Positions 18,985 to 28,847 of a DNA stretch of 58,424 nucleotides are shown piece after piece. The position numbers were made by a program, and so were the translations under genes. Below the pieces are notes generated by a model that ran no database searches, was not told the origin of the DNA, and saw only the letters and a program-made list of their open reading frames with translations. How positions within the stretch are numbered: the stretch's first letter is position 1; each line of letters starts with the position of its first letter. Source of the DNA: Candidatus Nealsonbacteria bacterium (GTDB taxonomy: Bacteria; Patescibacteriota; Minisyncoccia; Minisyncoccales; JAGMDC01); assembly GCA_030643485.1 (NCBI GenBank), contig DAOWLG010000038.1, forward strand, positions 1 to 58,424, given 5' to 3'.

Positions 18985-19572
18985 TCATTTTCCAAGCATT
19001 TTTAGTGCTTCCTTTATTTTGTTTTCCGCGTCCATTTCTATGGGAAGTTTAGATAATGTTTCCTTTGCTTCCTGTTTTAAAAATCCCATATTCACTAAAG
19101 CGTCAAAAGCAGAATTATTTATGCCCGCTACTACTTCTGATATTCTTTCTTTTGGTTTTAACGATTCATTATTTTTAATTTTACCGGACAATTCCAATAA
19201 AATCTTTGCCGCTCTTTTCCTGCCAATACCGGAAATGCCTTCAAAAATTTTTTCCTGACCATCTTTAATGGATTTTTTCAAATCTTCCAATGGCCCCAGT
19301 CCTGAAATTTCCAAAGCCGCTTTTGGTCCTACGCCGGAAATTCCGATTAACATTTCAAAAACCTCCCTCTCCCCCCAAGTTAAAAACCCGTATAAATTCA
19401 AGATATTTTCTCTTACATAAAGAAAACAAAACAATTTCAAAAATTTTTCTTGTCCTGAAATTTTTTTAAGCGTCTTTTGAGAAAGAAAAACTCTATAACC
19501 AACTCCTTGCGATTCCAAAACAACAAACTTTTCCTTTCTCAAAATAATATTTCCTTGTAAATACGCAATCAT
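18985..19572 (-). CDS. ruvA: Holliday junction branch migration protein RuvA
   Basis: MIAYLQG, GVGYRV, LYGF, ISGVGPKAAL. Confidence 0.95.
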   Translation of the reverse strand: MIAYLQGNIILRKEKFVVLESQGVGYRVFLSQKTLKKISGQEKFLKLFCFLYVRENILNLYGFLTWGEREVFEMLIGISGVGPKAALEISGLGPLEDLKKSIKDGQEKIFEGISGIGRKRAAKILLELSGKIKNNESLKPKERISEVVAGINNSAFDALVNMGFLKQEAKETLSKLPIEMDAENKIKEALKMLGK

Positions 19573-19578
19573 ACTAAA

Positions 19579-19711
19579 AATTTTCAATTATCAATTTTCA
19601 ATTATCAATCAATTATCAAATTCCAATTTTCAAACAAATTAATTAATTTTATTAATTGAAAATTGAATCATTGAAAATTCATTGAAAATTGGTTATTGAA
19701 AATTGAAAATT
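19579..19711. repeat. 133-bp heptamer-based inverted-repeat element
   Basis: (AATTTTC/AATTATC)n…(GAAAATT)n; differs at 1 base from 31959-32091. Confidence 0.9.
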
Positions 19712-19771
19712 ATTATTTTATTATACACCTATTGCGAAAAAATAAAAGTTGTGATAGTATAATGAAGAAAT

Positions 19772-20023
19772 ATGGCGATAACTAAATCAGCGAAAAAGGC
19801 ATTACGCCAAAATATAAGGCATAAAAAAAGAAACTTAATTTACAAAAATAAAATGAAAGGGCTTGTAAAACAGGTCAAATCTTTTATTAAAGAAAAGAAA
19901 ATAAAAGAGGCAAAAGAATTATTGCCTCAGGTCTATAAAATCCTGGATAAATCCGCAAAAATAGGAATAATTAAGAAAAACACTGCGTCAAGAAAAAAAT
20001 CTCGTCTGGCTAAATCTCTGTAA
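19772..20023 (+). CDS. rpsT: 30S ribosomal protein S20
   Basis: KSAKKALRQ…LDK.AK.GII.KNTASRKKSRL. Confidence 0.96.
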   Translation: MAITKSAKKALRQNIRHKKRNLIYKNKMKGLVKQVKSFIKEKKIKEAKELLPQVYKILDKSAKIGIIKKNTASRKKSRLAKSL

Positions 20024-20987
20024 TCAACATATCTATTGCCATAATCGGGTCAACGCGCCCTGTTTTTATATCTCGGTCTACCTTGAATAATTTCTGGTAG
20101 ATTTTTTTTAGAACATCAAGCCCAAACTTTTGAGCCTGATAACAACTTTTTTGCGCAACATAAGGATGCATTCCCGGAATTTTTACTCTACCAAAGGACG
20201 AGGTTCTTTGGTTGTTCGGCTGAACTCCCTCAGAATGACTTGAAAGGTAGTCCTTAACTAAAAGCAAATTTCTAAATTGGAAATTTATCATAGAAAGAAG
20301 ATACAAGGGTGCGTCTCCTTTCTCCAAATGTTTATGAATTAAAAAAATCGCGCGTTTCTTGTCTTTTTGCGCGATAGCGTCAATGGTCTTAAAAATATCT
20401 GTTTCAATTCTTGGAGCCACTAAAAGTTCAATATCCTTTAATACTACGAGAACACTTCTCGTAGTATTAAATTTATAAGTGCATAATTTTTTGATTTCCT
20501 GAGATAATTGCCAGAGGTTATTACCCACGAAATTTATCAATTGTTGTATTGCTTGATTTTCAATTTTTGAATTATATTTTTCAAATTCTTTTTTAATCCA
20601 ATTTTCCAATTCTTTATTTGATAGAGTGTCAAACTCTTGGCATTTTGCTGTTTTTTTCAAAAACTTAAACAAAGAATCCGCTTTATTAACTTTATCTTTT
20701 TCATAAAAAAGGATAACATCTTCTGTGTTCTCTATTTTTTTTAAGACATCTAAAATTTTTTCCTTAAATTCAGAATTTAAGAAAATATTTTTTAGAACTA
20801 TTAATTTTTTTTCTTTGAACATTGAGACACTTTGAATGTTATGCTCAAATTCTTCAAAGCCTGAATTTTGGCAGTCATAATATCTTAAATTCAATCCAGT
20901 TTGATGGATTTTTTTGTAGCGCTCAATAATCTCTTGTAATTTCTTAAGAGAGCGATATGTATCTTTGCCATAGAGAAAAAGAAACAT
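20010..20987 (-). CDS. holA: DNA polymerase III subunit delta
   Basis: FLYGKD.Y, SMF.EKKLIV, L.QEI.KL, IF..IDAI, D..IKTG. Confidence 0.9.
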   Translation of the reverse strand: MFLFLYGKDTYRSLKKLQEIIERYKKIHQTGLNLRYYDCQNSGFEEFEHNIQSVSMFKEKKLIVLKNIFLNSEFKEKILDVLKKIENTEDVILFYEKDKVNKADSLFKFLKKTAKCQEFDTLSNKELENWIKKEFEKYNSKIENQAIQQLINFVGNNLWQLSQEIKKLCTYKFNTTRSVLVVLKDIELLVAPRIETDIFKTIDAIAQKDKKRAIFLIHKHLEKGDAPLYLLSMINFQFRNLLLVKDYLSSHSEGVQPNNQRTSSFGRVKIPGMHPYVAQKSCYQAQKFGLDVLKKIYQKLFKVDRDIKTGRVDPIMAIDMLITEI

Positions 20988-20988
20988 T

Positions 20989-21354
20989 CTATTTCAAAAC
21001 TGTTTTGATTTTTTCAATTATTTCATTAGGAGTAAAATGAGCCTTAATTAGATAGTCATTTGCTCCTAAATTTATTCCTTTTTCTATGTCTTCTTTTTGG
21101 CCAAGATTAGATAAAATAATTACCGGCAATTGAGATAAACTCGGATCTTTTTTCATCTGAGATAAAACCTCAAAACCATCTATCCCCGGCAAAATAAGGT
21201 CAAGCAAAACCAAATCAGGTTTCTCTGTTTTTATTTTTTTTATTCCTTCTTCGCCGTCAATTGCCTCAAAAACCTCATAACTTTCTTTTGTAAGTTTTTG
21301 AGCAATTAACTCTCTAAGAAATTTATCGTCTTCAATGATTAATATTTTTTGCAT
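20989..21354 (-). CDS. Single-domain response regulator
   Basis: ILIIEDD, LLDLILPG.DG, ILSN, YLIKA. Confidence 0.92.
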   Translation of the reverse strand: MQKILIIEDDKFLRELIAQKLTKESYEVFEAIDGEEGIKKIKTEKPDLVLLDLILPGIDGFEVLSQMKKDPSLSQLPVIILSNLGQKEDIEKGINLGANDYLIKAHFTPNEIIEKIKTVLK

Positions 21355-21355
21355 A

Positions 21356-22396
21356 TTAACAAGGCAGGGTAAAACAAAAAGTAGAACCCTTTCCTTCTTG
21401 AGATTCAAACCAAATTCGACCTTTATGCGCTTCAATTATATTTTTAGCAATAAACAAACCCAGTCCCGTTCCTTCTGTCTCCATTCTAATTATATTAGCC
21501 CCTCTAAAAAATTTAGTAAAGACACGAAATTGCTGGTCAGTAGGTATGCCTACTCCGCTGTCATACACGGAGACCTTGATTTCTTTTTTGTTTTTTCCTT
21601 TTTCCTTACATTGTAAAAAAACTATCATTTTCCCTTTTGAAGAAGTATATCTTATAGCGTTTTCAATAATATTTCTAATTGCTAATTCTATCTTTTCTTT
21701 ATCTATATTAACCTCTGGCAATTTTTTCGCTGCAATAAACTTAAAATTTATTTTTTTTCTTTTTATTTCTTCTTTATATGAACTTATTATATCTCTACAT
21801 ATTTTTTCAATGTCGTAAAAATCTTTTTTATACACATGCCTACCTTCCTCAATCTGAGTTATATTCAAAAGATCATTTATTAAGCCAATCATCCTTTCGT
21901 TGCTTCTATATGTCTTTTCTATAAATTTTTTTTGCTCTTTGGTAACTTCTCCTAAATCACCGTCTAAAAGCATTCTTAAAGTCCACTTAATAGCAGATAG
22001 AGGAGTAGGCAACTGATGAGCAGTGATAGAAACAAATTCTGTTTTCATCTGTTCTATTCTTTTTTCTCTGGTTATGTCGCGTAAAATTACCAAAGTTCCT
22101 ATCTTCTTTTTTTGTTCAAATAAAGGAACCGCGGAAACCTCCAAAACCAAATTTTCAGCAACAGTCAGTTCTTGCATTGGCGCGCTTTTTATTTTTTTTC
22201 CTAAAATTTTAATTAATCTTTTAAGATTTCCAAAGCCCGCAAGTTCTAAAACTGGCTTACCTATTATCTCCTTTTCATTAACTCTTAAAAACTCTTGTGC
22301 GCGAGGGTTTATTAAAGAAAGATTCCTTTGTTTATCAAAAACCAAAATTCCATCAGTAAGATTTGCGATAATAGGTAATGTTTTCCTTTTTATCAT
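21356..22396 (-). CDS. PAS-domain sensor histidine kinase (soluble)
   Basis: [12 protein letters not shown]-box; NAIRY; DSGVGI; GTGLGL. Confidence 0.9.
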   Translation of the reverse strand: MIKRKTLPIIANLTDGILVFDKQRNLSLINPRAQEFLRVNEKEIIGKPVLELAGFGNLKRLIKILGKKIKSAPMQELTVAENLVLEVSAVPLFEQKKKIGTLVILRDITREKRIEQMKTEFVSITAHQLPTPLSAIKWTLRMLLDGDLGEVTKEQKKFIEKTYRSNERMIGLINDLLNITQIEEGRHVYKKDFYDIEKICRDIISSYKEEIKRKKINFKFIAAKKLPEVNIDKEKIELAIRNIIENAIRYTSSKGKMIVFLQCKEKGKNKKEIKVSVYDSGVGIPTDQQFRVFTKFFRGANIIRMETEGTGLGLFIAKNIIEAHKGRIWFESQEGKGSTFCFTLPC

Positions 22397-23082
22397 ATAT
22401 CTATATCCAGATTCCTCTGCGAGACACTGGTTTGAATTTTTATTCCCGCGTCTCCTGATGTTCCACCTGCTTTTTCTATGTCTAAAAAGATAGTCACTTT
22501 TGGCTGGTCATTGTCGCCTACCCCATCACCGGAGATATCTATTTCAAAAGCGTTTATTTCAAGATTAGATGAAGTCAAAGGGGTTTCTTGCCCGCTTATT
22601 TTTTTCATTAAACACTTATCTGTTGTATTCCAATAAAATTCTTGACACTCATTATGGTAATTTATAAATTTTATACCTCTTCCGCCTTTAGTCAATTGAT
22701 AGTTATAGTCGCAACCTTTATCTATATTATCTAAACATGGATCTTCTATTAAACAATTTTGCTCTTTTTGAGCCATGCGCAGACTCCGAGACATATACTC
22801 CATTACATAACTAGCTTGGTCTAAAACCTCTTGAGTGTTTAAGATTTTTGACTGGCTCTTTATCATAAAATTAAAAACACCCAAAATTCCTGCTATGGCT
22901 ATGGAAAAAATCATTACGGAAATCAAAAGTTCCACAAGGGTAAATCCGCTTACTGTCAATTTGTCCCGCTTTTTTCTCCGTCTTCTTGTTAATACCCTTC
23001 TTCCTCCTTTTGTTTTTGTCCGCGCCAAAAACCCGTGTGTCCTTTTCCTTTTTCTTTTTTTGGGCTGATAAGTAATAGACAT
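22393..23082 (-). CDS. rpmH: Ribosomal protein L34 fused to a type IV pilin (PilW-like)
   Basis: aa 1-45 are L34 (TYQP..RKR.RTHGF.AR..T.GGR.VL.RRR.K.R..LTV), then G|FTLVELL and a hydrophobic helix; no stop codon between them. Confidence 0.9.
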   Translation of the reverse strand: MSITYQPKKRKRKRTHGFLARTKTKGGRRVLTRRRRKKRDKLTVSGFTLVELLISVMIFSIAIAGILGVFNFMIKSQSKILNTQEVLDQASYVMEYMSRSLRMAQKEQNCLIEDPCLDNIDKGCDYNYQLTKGGRGIKFINYHNECQEFYWNTTDKCLMKKISGQETPLTSSNLEINAFEIDISGDGVGDNDQPKVTIFLDIEKAGGTSGDAGIKIQTSVSQRNLDIDI

Positions 23083-23151
23083 ATTTATTTAGTGAACTTG
23101 GTAAATTTCCTATCAAATACTGTGGAAAGTCTCAACAATAAAACCTCTTCA

Positions 23152-23265
23152 AAATTTTCAATTTTCAATGACCAATTTTCAATGAATTTTCAATGATTCA
23201 ATTTTCAATGAATAAAATTAATTAATTTGTTTGAAAATTGAAAATTGATAATTGATAATTGATTT
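23152..23265. repeat. Heptamer-based element, inverted copy
   Basis: Reverse complement closely matches 19579-19711. Confidence 0.85.
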
Positions 23266-23345
23266 TAGTATCTTTATATTACCATAATTCAAGAAAAAAT
23301 ACAATTGCCTGTATAAGAATATTAATGAAAGATGTTCTGCACAAG

Positions 23346-23415
23346 TTTTCCACATCTTATCAACAAAACAAAATATTTGTATTTATTTTGCGTTTTATTT
23401 TGAAAGTGATATAAT
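23346..23415 (+). promoter_or_regulatory. DnaA boxes and dnaA promoter
   Basis: TTTTCCACA (23346), TTATCAACA (23357); TTGCGT-N16-TATAAT. Confidence 0.65.
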
Positions 23416-23427
23416 AGAAAATGAAAT

Positions 23428-24780
23428 ATGACAAAAGAAGAATTATGGCAGGCAGTGCTTGCTCAAATTCAATTTAATATCTCCTCGGCAAATTTTGCTA
23501 CCTGGTTCAAAAACACTAAAATCTTAGTCAAAAAAGGGAAACAAATTATTATCTCTGTTCCTAACAATTTTTCTAAAGAATGGCTGGAAAATAAATACAA
23601 TAAAATTATCCTGAAAATTTTACGGGAGATGGACCAAGAGATAAAAGAAATCACATACGAAGTTTCCAAAACAGCGACAAAAACAAAAGAGCAAATTATG
23701 TCGCGCAACGGCTATCAAGATGACGGACAATTAGAATTCCCTGAATTTAAGGTTAATAAAATCACTAACCTTAACCCCCGCTATGCTTTTGAAAATTTCG
23801 TGGTTGGGGCTTACAACGAAGTCCCTCATGCGGCTATTTCCGCGGTTGTGAAAAACCCTGGTAAAATTTATAATCCGCTTTTTATTTATGGCGGAGTAGG
23901 ATTGGGAAAGACCCACTTAATCCAAGCCGCTGGCAATAAAATAGCTGAATCTTTTCCTAAAAAGAAAATCAGATATATTCCATCGGAAAAATTTATCTCC
24001 GGGGTGGTTAATTCTATTAGAAATCATAGTATTAGTAGTTTAAAATCAGACTATAAAAAAATTGATGTTTTAATTATGGACGATGTTCAATTTTTAGCAA
24101 GTAAAGAAAAAACTCAAGAAGAATTTTTCCATATCTTTAACACTTTATATGAAAAAAACAAACAGATAATTATTTCTTCAGACAGACCCCCAAGGGCGAT
24201 TTCTCCAATCGCAGAGCGGTTAAGGTCGCGGTTTGAAGGAGGGATGATAGCTGATATTGGCTTACCTGATATTGAAACAAGGATGGCAATCTTAAAAGTC
24301 AAATCACAGGAAAGAGGGGTGAATCTACCTGAAGAAACATCGGAATATATTGCTACTAATATCCAGAAAAATGTCCGCGAATTAGAAGGAGCAGTAAATC
24401 GTATCGCTGTTTATCAAAAATTAGATAACCAAAATTTTGACACTAACGCGATTAAATCAATACTTAAAAATATAATCACAAACCCTCAAAAACCGGTAAG
24501 TGTTAAAAAAATAATTCAAACCGTGGCAGAGTTTTACGATATAAAAGAAAAAGAAATTTTTGCTATTAGCCGAAGAAAAGAGATTGTAAAGCCCCGACAA
24601 ATTGCTATGTATCTTTTAAGAAATATATTAAGTTGTTCTTTCCCTTATATCGGAAGAAAATTTCAAGGAAAAGACCATACTACCACTATTTATGCTTTTG
24701 GGAAAATTTCTAAAGAACTGGAAAATAATGAGATATTAAATGAAGAAATAAATTTAATAAAACAAAGATTATGTAGTTAA
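23428..24780 (+). CDS. dnaA: Chromosomal replication initiator DnaA
   Basis: YNPLFIYGGVGLGKTHL, DDVQF, RLRSRFEGG, NVRELEGA, KDHTT. Confidence 0.98.
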   Translation: MTKEELWQAVLAQIQFNISSANFATWFKNTKILVKKGKQIIISVPNNFSKEWLENKYNKIILKILREMDQEIKEITYEVSKTATKTKEQIMSRNGYQDDGQLEFPEFKVNKITNLNPRYAFENFVVGAYNEVPHAAISAVVKNPGKIYNPLFIYGGVGLGKTHLIQAAGNKIAESFPKKKIRYIPSEKFISGVVNSIRNHSISSLKSDYKKIDVLIMDDVQFLASKEKTQEEFFHIFNTLYEKNKQIIISSDRPPRAISPIAERLRSRFEGGMIADIGLPDIETRMAILKVKSQERGVNLPEETSEYIATNIQKNVRELEGAVNRIAVYQKLDNQNFDTNAIKSILKNIITNPQKPVSVKKIIQTVAEFYDIKEKEIFAISRRKEIVKPRQIAMYLLRNILSCSFPYIGRKFQGKDHTTTIYAFGKISKELENNEILNEEINLIKQRLCS

Positions 24781-24931
24781 TAATAGATAGTAAATTCAGT
24801 GGATAATAAGTGGAAAAAATATAAAAATAAAAATCAAAGAAATAATTAGATATTTATCAACAATATTTTCCACATCTTATTATATCTTAATTTAATAATA
24901 AGACACAGGAAAAATTGTTTGCTTAATAATA
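24781..24931. other. Probable oriC (dnaA-dnaN intergenic)
   Basis: DnaA-box-like 9-mers at 24798, 24809, 24854, 24866 in very AT-rich DNA. Confidence 0.7.
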
Positions 24932-26056
24932 ATGAAAATAATAATATTAAAAGATAATATTAAGAAAGGTTTAGAAATCATAGAAAAAATAACAGGAAAA
25001 AATTTAACCCTTCCTGTATTAAATAATGTTTTAATTTCAACAGAGAAAAATCTTTTAAGGTTATCTGGTACTGATTTAGAAATAGGAGTAAAATATTGGA
25101 CGCTATGTAAGACAGAAAAAGAAGGAGAAATAATAATTCCGGCTAAATTTGCGTCTAATTTTATTAATTCGTTACCACAAGAAAAAATATATTTGGAAGT
25201 AAAAAATAAAATTTTACATATTGAATGTAAAAATTATAAAGCAAAAATTAAAACCGAATCTACTCAGGATTTTCCTATAATTCCTAAAATAGAAACAGAG
25301 GATTTTATAAGTGTAAATAATTACCCTTTTTGTCAAGGACTTGAGCAGGTAGTAGAATTTACTACGCCAAATCAGGCAAGGCTGGAACTTTCAGGTGTAT
25401 ATTTTAATTTCCAAAAAAATAAATTAAAATTAGTTGCCACAGATAGTTTTCGCTTGGCTGAAAAAACACTTTATTTTGAAAAAGAATTAGATAAAGAATA
25501 TTCTTTTATTATTCCTCAAAGAACAGTTCAAATGATAATTAATATTTTCTCAGAAAAAGAAGGAAAAATAAGAATTTATCCCTCATCTAATCAGGTTCAA
25601 TTTGAGACATTTTTCCCGGAAATTTCCCATCCCGAAGTTCAGGTTATTTCCCGTTTAATTGAAGGCGAATACCCGAATTATCAGGAAATTATTCCTGAAA
25701 ACTATGAAACCCAAGTTTTATTATCAAAGGATAAATTTTTGAATCAAATTAAAACCGCTTCCCTTTTTAGTGAGAAAAGTAATGAAGTAAAAATAAAAGT
25801 TGTTCCTAAAGAACAAAAAATAGAAATTTTTTCTCAAAGTCCGGAATTAGGCGAAAATTATTCTGATTTAGAAGGAAAAATAACCGGAAAAGAAGTGAGT
25901 GTATCTTTTAATTGGAAATATCTATTAGAAGGGCTTTCTCGCTTGAAAAGTTCTGAAATAATAATTGGGTTAAACGGAGAAGAAGGTCCTGTAGTATTAA
26001 AGCCAAAAGGTGATGATACATATTTCTATATTGTAATGCCAATTAAGGGAAATTAA
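24932..26056 (+). CDS. dnaN: DNA polymerase III beta sliding clamp
   Basis: LPVLNNV, GTDLE, ATDSFRLA, RLIEGEYPNY, YIVMPI. Confidence 0.97.
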   Translation: MKIIILKDNIKKGLEIIEKITGKNLTLPVLNNVLISTEKNLLRLSGTDLEIGVKYWTLCKTEKEGEIIIPAKFASNFINSLPQEKIYLEVKNKILHIECKNYKAKIKTESTQDFPIIPKIETEDFISVNNYPFCQGLEQVVEFTTPNQARLELSGVYFNFQKNKLKLVATDSFRLAEKTLYFEKELDKEYSFIIPQRTVQMIINIFSEKEGKIRIYPSSNQVQFETFFPEISHPEVQVISRLIEGEYPNYQEIIPENYETQVLLSKDKFLNQIKTASLFSEKSNEVKIKVVPKEQKIEIFSQSPELGENYSDLEGKITGKEVSVSFNWKYLLEGLSRLKSSEIIIGLNGEEGPVVLKPKGDDTYFYIVMPIKGN

Positions 26057-27975
26057 AAATTAATTTTCAACAGCGCTTTTGACATAAATTCCTTCCAGAT
26101 TGGGCCCGCGATCATTACTGATGGTTTTTTCTTCATTGGATAATTATTATTATTTCCTGCCCAAACACCGCAAACAAGAGAAGGAGTATAACCTACTGCC
26201 CAAGCGTCTTTATATTCCTGAGTAGTGCCGGTTTTCGCGGCAACCTTATATCCTTTTATATGCAGAGACGAATTAAACCCAAACATAGGCGCTCTGGCTT
26301 CATTATCTGATAATATGTCATTCAAAAGTTGTGTTTCTTTTATCCCTAATACCCTTTTGGGTGTTTTTTTATTTTCTTCAATAATATTCCCTTGATTATC
26401 GGTGATTTTAAGAATACTTACAGGAGGAACCTTTAAGCCCTGTGCGGCGAAAACGCCGTAAGCCGAGGTAATATCCAATAATTTTACTTCCCAGCCACCT
26501 AATACAATAGAAGGTCCATAAGGCGGTGATAAGGTAGTAATACCTAAATTTTTTGCTGTTTGTGCGCTATCTTCTAAACCGGCTAAATATAATAAAACCT
26601 TTACAGAAGCAACATTTATTGATTGAGCCAAGGCACTTCTTAAAGAAATAGGTCCTCTAAATAGCCCGTCGTAATTTTTAGGGGTATACTCTTTATTCCC
26701 CCAGACCCCAAAATTTGTTTCTTCATCCACGACTATTGTTTTATCGTTATATCCTTTCTTAAAAGCGGTTACATAAGCAAATGGTTTGAACGCGGAACCC
26801 GGCTGTCTGCCAATCCCGTAGATTGCCACATTAACTTTTGGTTCAAATAAACAATTTTTTCCGTTCGTGCATCCTTTTGGAAACGACTCGCCAAAATAAT
26901 CCTTGGACCCGACCATTGCCAATATCTCGCCGGTTTTTGGTTGGATAGCCACTAACGACGCATTATACGCTTTATATTTTATATTTGTTTCAGAACCTTT
27001 TTCAACTGCTTCTTTTGCTATTTGCTGGAGTTCCCAATCCAAAGAAGTCCAAACCTTTAACCCTTTTTCTTTTAAGAAATTCTCGCCGTATTTTGTTTCT
27101 AAATATTGTTTAACGTAAAGAGTAAAATGAGGCGCTTTTATTTCCACTAAATTCGGGGCAAAAATGATTTCCTGTTGTTTTAATTCTTCTGCCTGTTCTT
27201 TTGATATGTATCTCTGTTTTGCCATTCTGTTTAGAATATTATTTTTGTGGCTTATTAGTTTCTCTTTGTGCTTACCATAAGGAGAAAGATAACTCGGCGC
27301 CTGGATTAGAGAAGCCAGTATAGCCGCTTCTGGCAGGGAAATTTCTGAAACAGATTTCTTAAAATAGGTTTGGGTTGCGGCTTCCACCCCATAAGCGTTA
27401 CTGCCAAACGGGACTTGATTCACATACCATTCCAAGATTTGGTCTTTTGAATATCTTCTTTCCAATTCTATTGTTAAAATAATTTCCCTTATTTTTCTCT
27501 CAATGGTTTTTTTTCTGGTTAAGAAAGTTGACCTGATAAGTTGTTGAGTGATAGTGGACCCGCCCTGTTTTGGTTTTCTTAATTTCAAGTCAACCATTAT
27601 AGCGCGCATTGTCCCCTTAAAATCAATTCCAGGATGTTTGTAAAAATTTTTATCTTCCGCAACAATGATTGCCTGCTTCAGATGTTCCGGAACCGCGCTT
27701 AAAGGAATCAAGGTTCTTTTTTCTTCCCCGTATATTTTATACAAAAGAACCTCACCGGTTCTGTCATAAATTTTTGTTGATTGGGTAAATTGTTTTTCAG
27801 TGAATTTTTCTGGCCGTGGTAGGTCTTTGGCGTAATAGATAAACAAACCAAGGATAATAAACCCAAGCAATAAAATACACATTCCCGTGATTTTCCAAAA
27901 CCCCTTTACTAACCCAATCCCTGCACGCAGGAGCGGGGCGGTAAGGGGTTGTCTATAAAGTTTTCTGCGAGCCAT
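26053..27975 (-). CDS. Class A penicillin-binding protein (transglycosylase/transpeptidase)
   Basis: EDKNFYKH.G, GGSTITQQL, RKIRE; SAFK, SIN, KTGT. Confidence 0.95.
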   Translation of the reverse strand: MARRKLYRQPLTAPLLRAGIGLVKGFWKITGMCILLLGFIILGLFIYYAKDLPRPEKFTEKQFTQSTKIYDRTGEVLLYKIYGEEKRTLIPLSAVPEHLKQAIIVAEDKNFYKHPGIDFKGTMRAIMVDLKLRKPKQGGSTITQQLIRSTFLTRKKTIERKIREIILTIELERRYSKDQILEWYVNQVPFGSNAYGVEAATQTYFKKSVSEISLPEAAILASLIQAPSYLSPYGKHKEKLISHKNNILNRMAKQRYISKEQAEELKQQEIIFAPNLVEIKAPHFTLYVKQYLETKYGENFLKEKGLKVWTSLDWELQQIAKEAVEKGSETNIKYKAYNASLVAIQPKTGEILAMVGSKDYFGESFPKGCTNGKNCLFEPKVNVAIYGIGRQPGSAFKPFAYVTAFKKGYNDKTIVVDEETNFGVWGNKEYTPKNYDGLFRGPISLRSALAQSINVASVKVLLYLAGLEDSAQTAKNLGITTLSPPYGPSIVLGGWEVKLLDITSAYGVFAAQGLKVPPVSILKITDNQGNIIEENKKTPKRVLGIKETQLLNDILSDNEARAPMFGFNSSLHIKGYKVAAKTGTTQEYKDAWAVGYTPSLVCGVWAGNNNNYPMKKKPSVMIAGPIWKEFMSKALLKINF

Positions 27976-28020
27976 AAATCAATTATAGGTTATCAACGAT
28001 AACTTATCAATGATTAGTAA

Positions 28021-28048
28021 TCAAAAACCCCCGTTCGGGGGTTTTTGA
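28021..28048. terminator. Intrinsic terminator
   Basis: TCAAAAACCCCCG-TT-CGGGGGTTTTTGA. Confidence 0.8.
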
Positions 28049-28055
28049 GGTGAGT

Positions 28056-28208
28056 CTACAGTCCTGGAGTTTCTGATGGTGCCGCGGCTGGGGTTTCTTC
28101 TTCGTTATTTTCTTCTTCTTTATTCTCTTCTTCTTTAACTTCTCCTCCATCACCTTCGTTATCTCCTATGTCGTTGACAATAGGACTAATAATTTTTTCG
28201 TAAATCAT
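28056..28208 (-). CDS. 50-aa acidic low-complexity small protein (not in ORF track)
   Basis: MIYEKIISPIVNDIGDNEGDGGEVKEEEN…; promoter TTGACA-N16-TATAAT (28383-28356) upstream, terminator downstream. Confidence 0.6.
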   Translation of the reverse strand: MIYEKIISPIVNDIGDNEGDGGEVKEEENKEEENNEEETPAAAPSETPGL

Positions 28209-28251
28209 AATTTTTAATTTTTTTACATCTATTCAATTGTTTTCGACCTTT

Positions 28252-28334
28252 TCCCACACCTATTGTGGATATGCGAATTTGTGAAACAAATTCGCCTTGT
28301 CGCCTTTGGCGACTAATCCACAATAGGTGTGGGA
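28252..28334. repeat. CCCCACACCTA-family element, copy B
   Basis: Same outer stem and two inner hairpins as copy A. Confidence 0.85.
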
Positions 28335-28423
28335 TTTCCGTCCGATACAATCCCTATTATATTTTTCCAAACAGATTTGTCAACCCCATTGGCACCTAAT
28401 TTTGGTTTTAGACCAAAATTAGG

Positions 28424-28531
28424 AATTTCTAATTTCTAATTTCTAATTTCTATTAAATTTTTAATTCTTTAATTTCTAAACATTGAAAATTGAATCATTG
28501 AAAATTTAATGAAAATTGAAAATTGAAAATT
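28424..28531. repeat. Heptamer-based element (AATTTCT variant)
   Basis: (AATTTCT)n…TTGAAAATTGAATCATTGAAAATT. Confidence 0.75.
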
Positions 28532-28574
28532 CCCATTTGAATTTGGCAATTGTTGCCAAATTCAAATGGGGAAG

Positions 28575-28611
28575 TTATCCACAGGTTGACATTTCTAAAA
28601 TGTGCTATAAT
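28575..28611 (+). promoter_or_regulatory. Pilin-operon promoter with adjacent perfect DnaA box
   Basis: TTATCCACA, then TTGACA-N14-TATAAT with TGTG extension. Confidence 0.6.
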
Positions 28612-28634
28612 GAAAATGTAAAAAAAATATAAAA

Positions 28635-28801
28635 CCCCACACCTAATAAGGACAAGGTGCCGAAGGCGATAAGCGCGAATTTAGTATATCCTGAAAAAGT
28701 AGGGGGAAACCCCACACCTATTCAGGATATGCGAATTTGTTTCACAAATTCGCTGTTCATCAAGCCTTTATGGCTTGATGGAATCCTGAATAGGTGTGGG
28801 G
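28635..28801. repeat. CCCCACACCTA-family copies C (degenerate) and D in tandem
   Basis: Copy D 28710-28801 has the full outer stem and inner hairpins. Confidence 0.8.
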
Positions 28802-28847
28802 AAAGGTCGGCGATTAGATTACAATTTTATCTAACATCTAATTAAAT

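Larger units (their letters stand above)
12108..18985. mobile_element. Integrase-less defense island downstream of tRNA-Ala
   Basis: 35-bp direct repeats (12108-12142, 18951-18985; 1 mismatch) and inverted repeats (12410-12439, 18907-18934) enclose RM cargo. Confidence 0.75.

Noticed and set aside
19579..19711. Heptamer and palindromic repeats as a CRISPR array
   Set aside because: No regular repeat-spacer periodicity and no cas genes in the window
22957..22959. Internal TTG as an independent pilin start that removes the fusion
   Set aside because: It could give MTVSG|F, but that leader has no basic residue and L34 would still lack a stop, so the fusion remains
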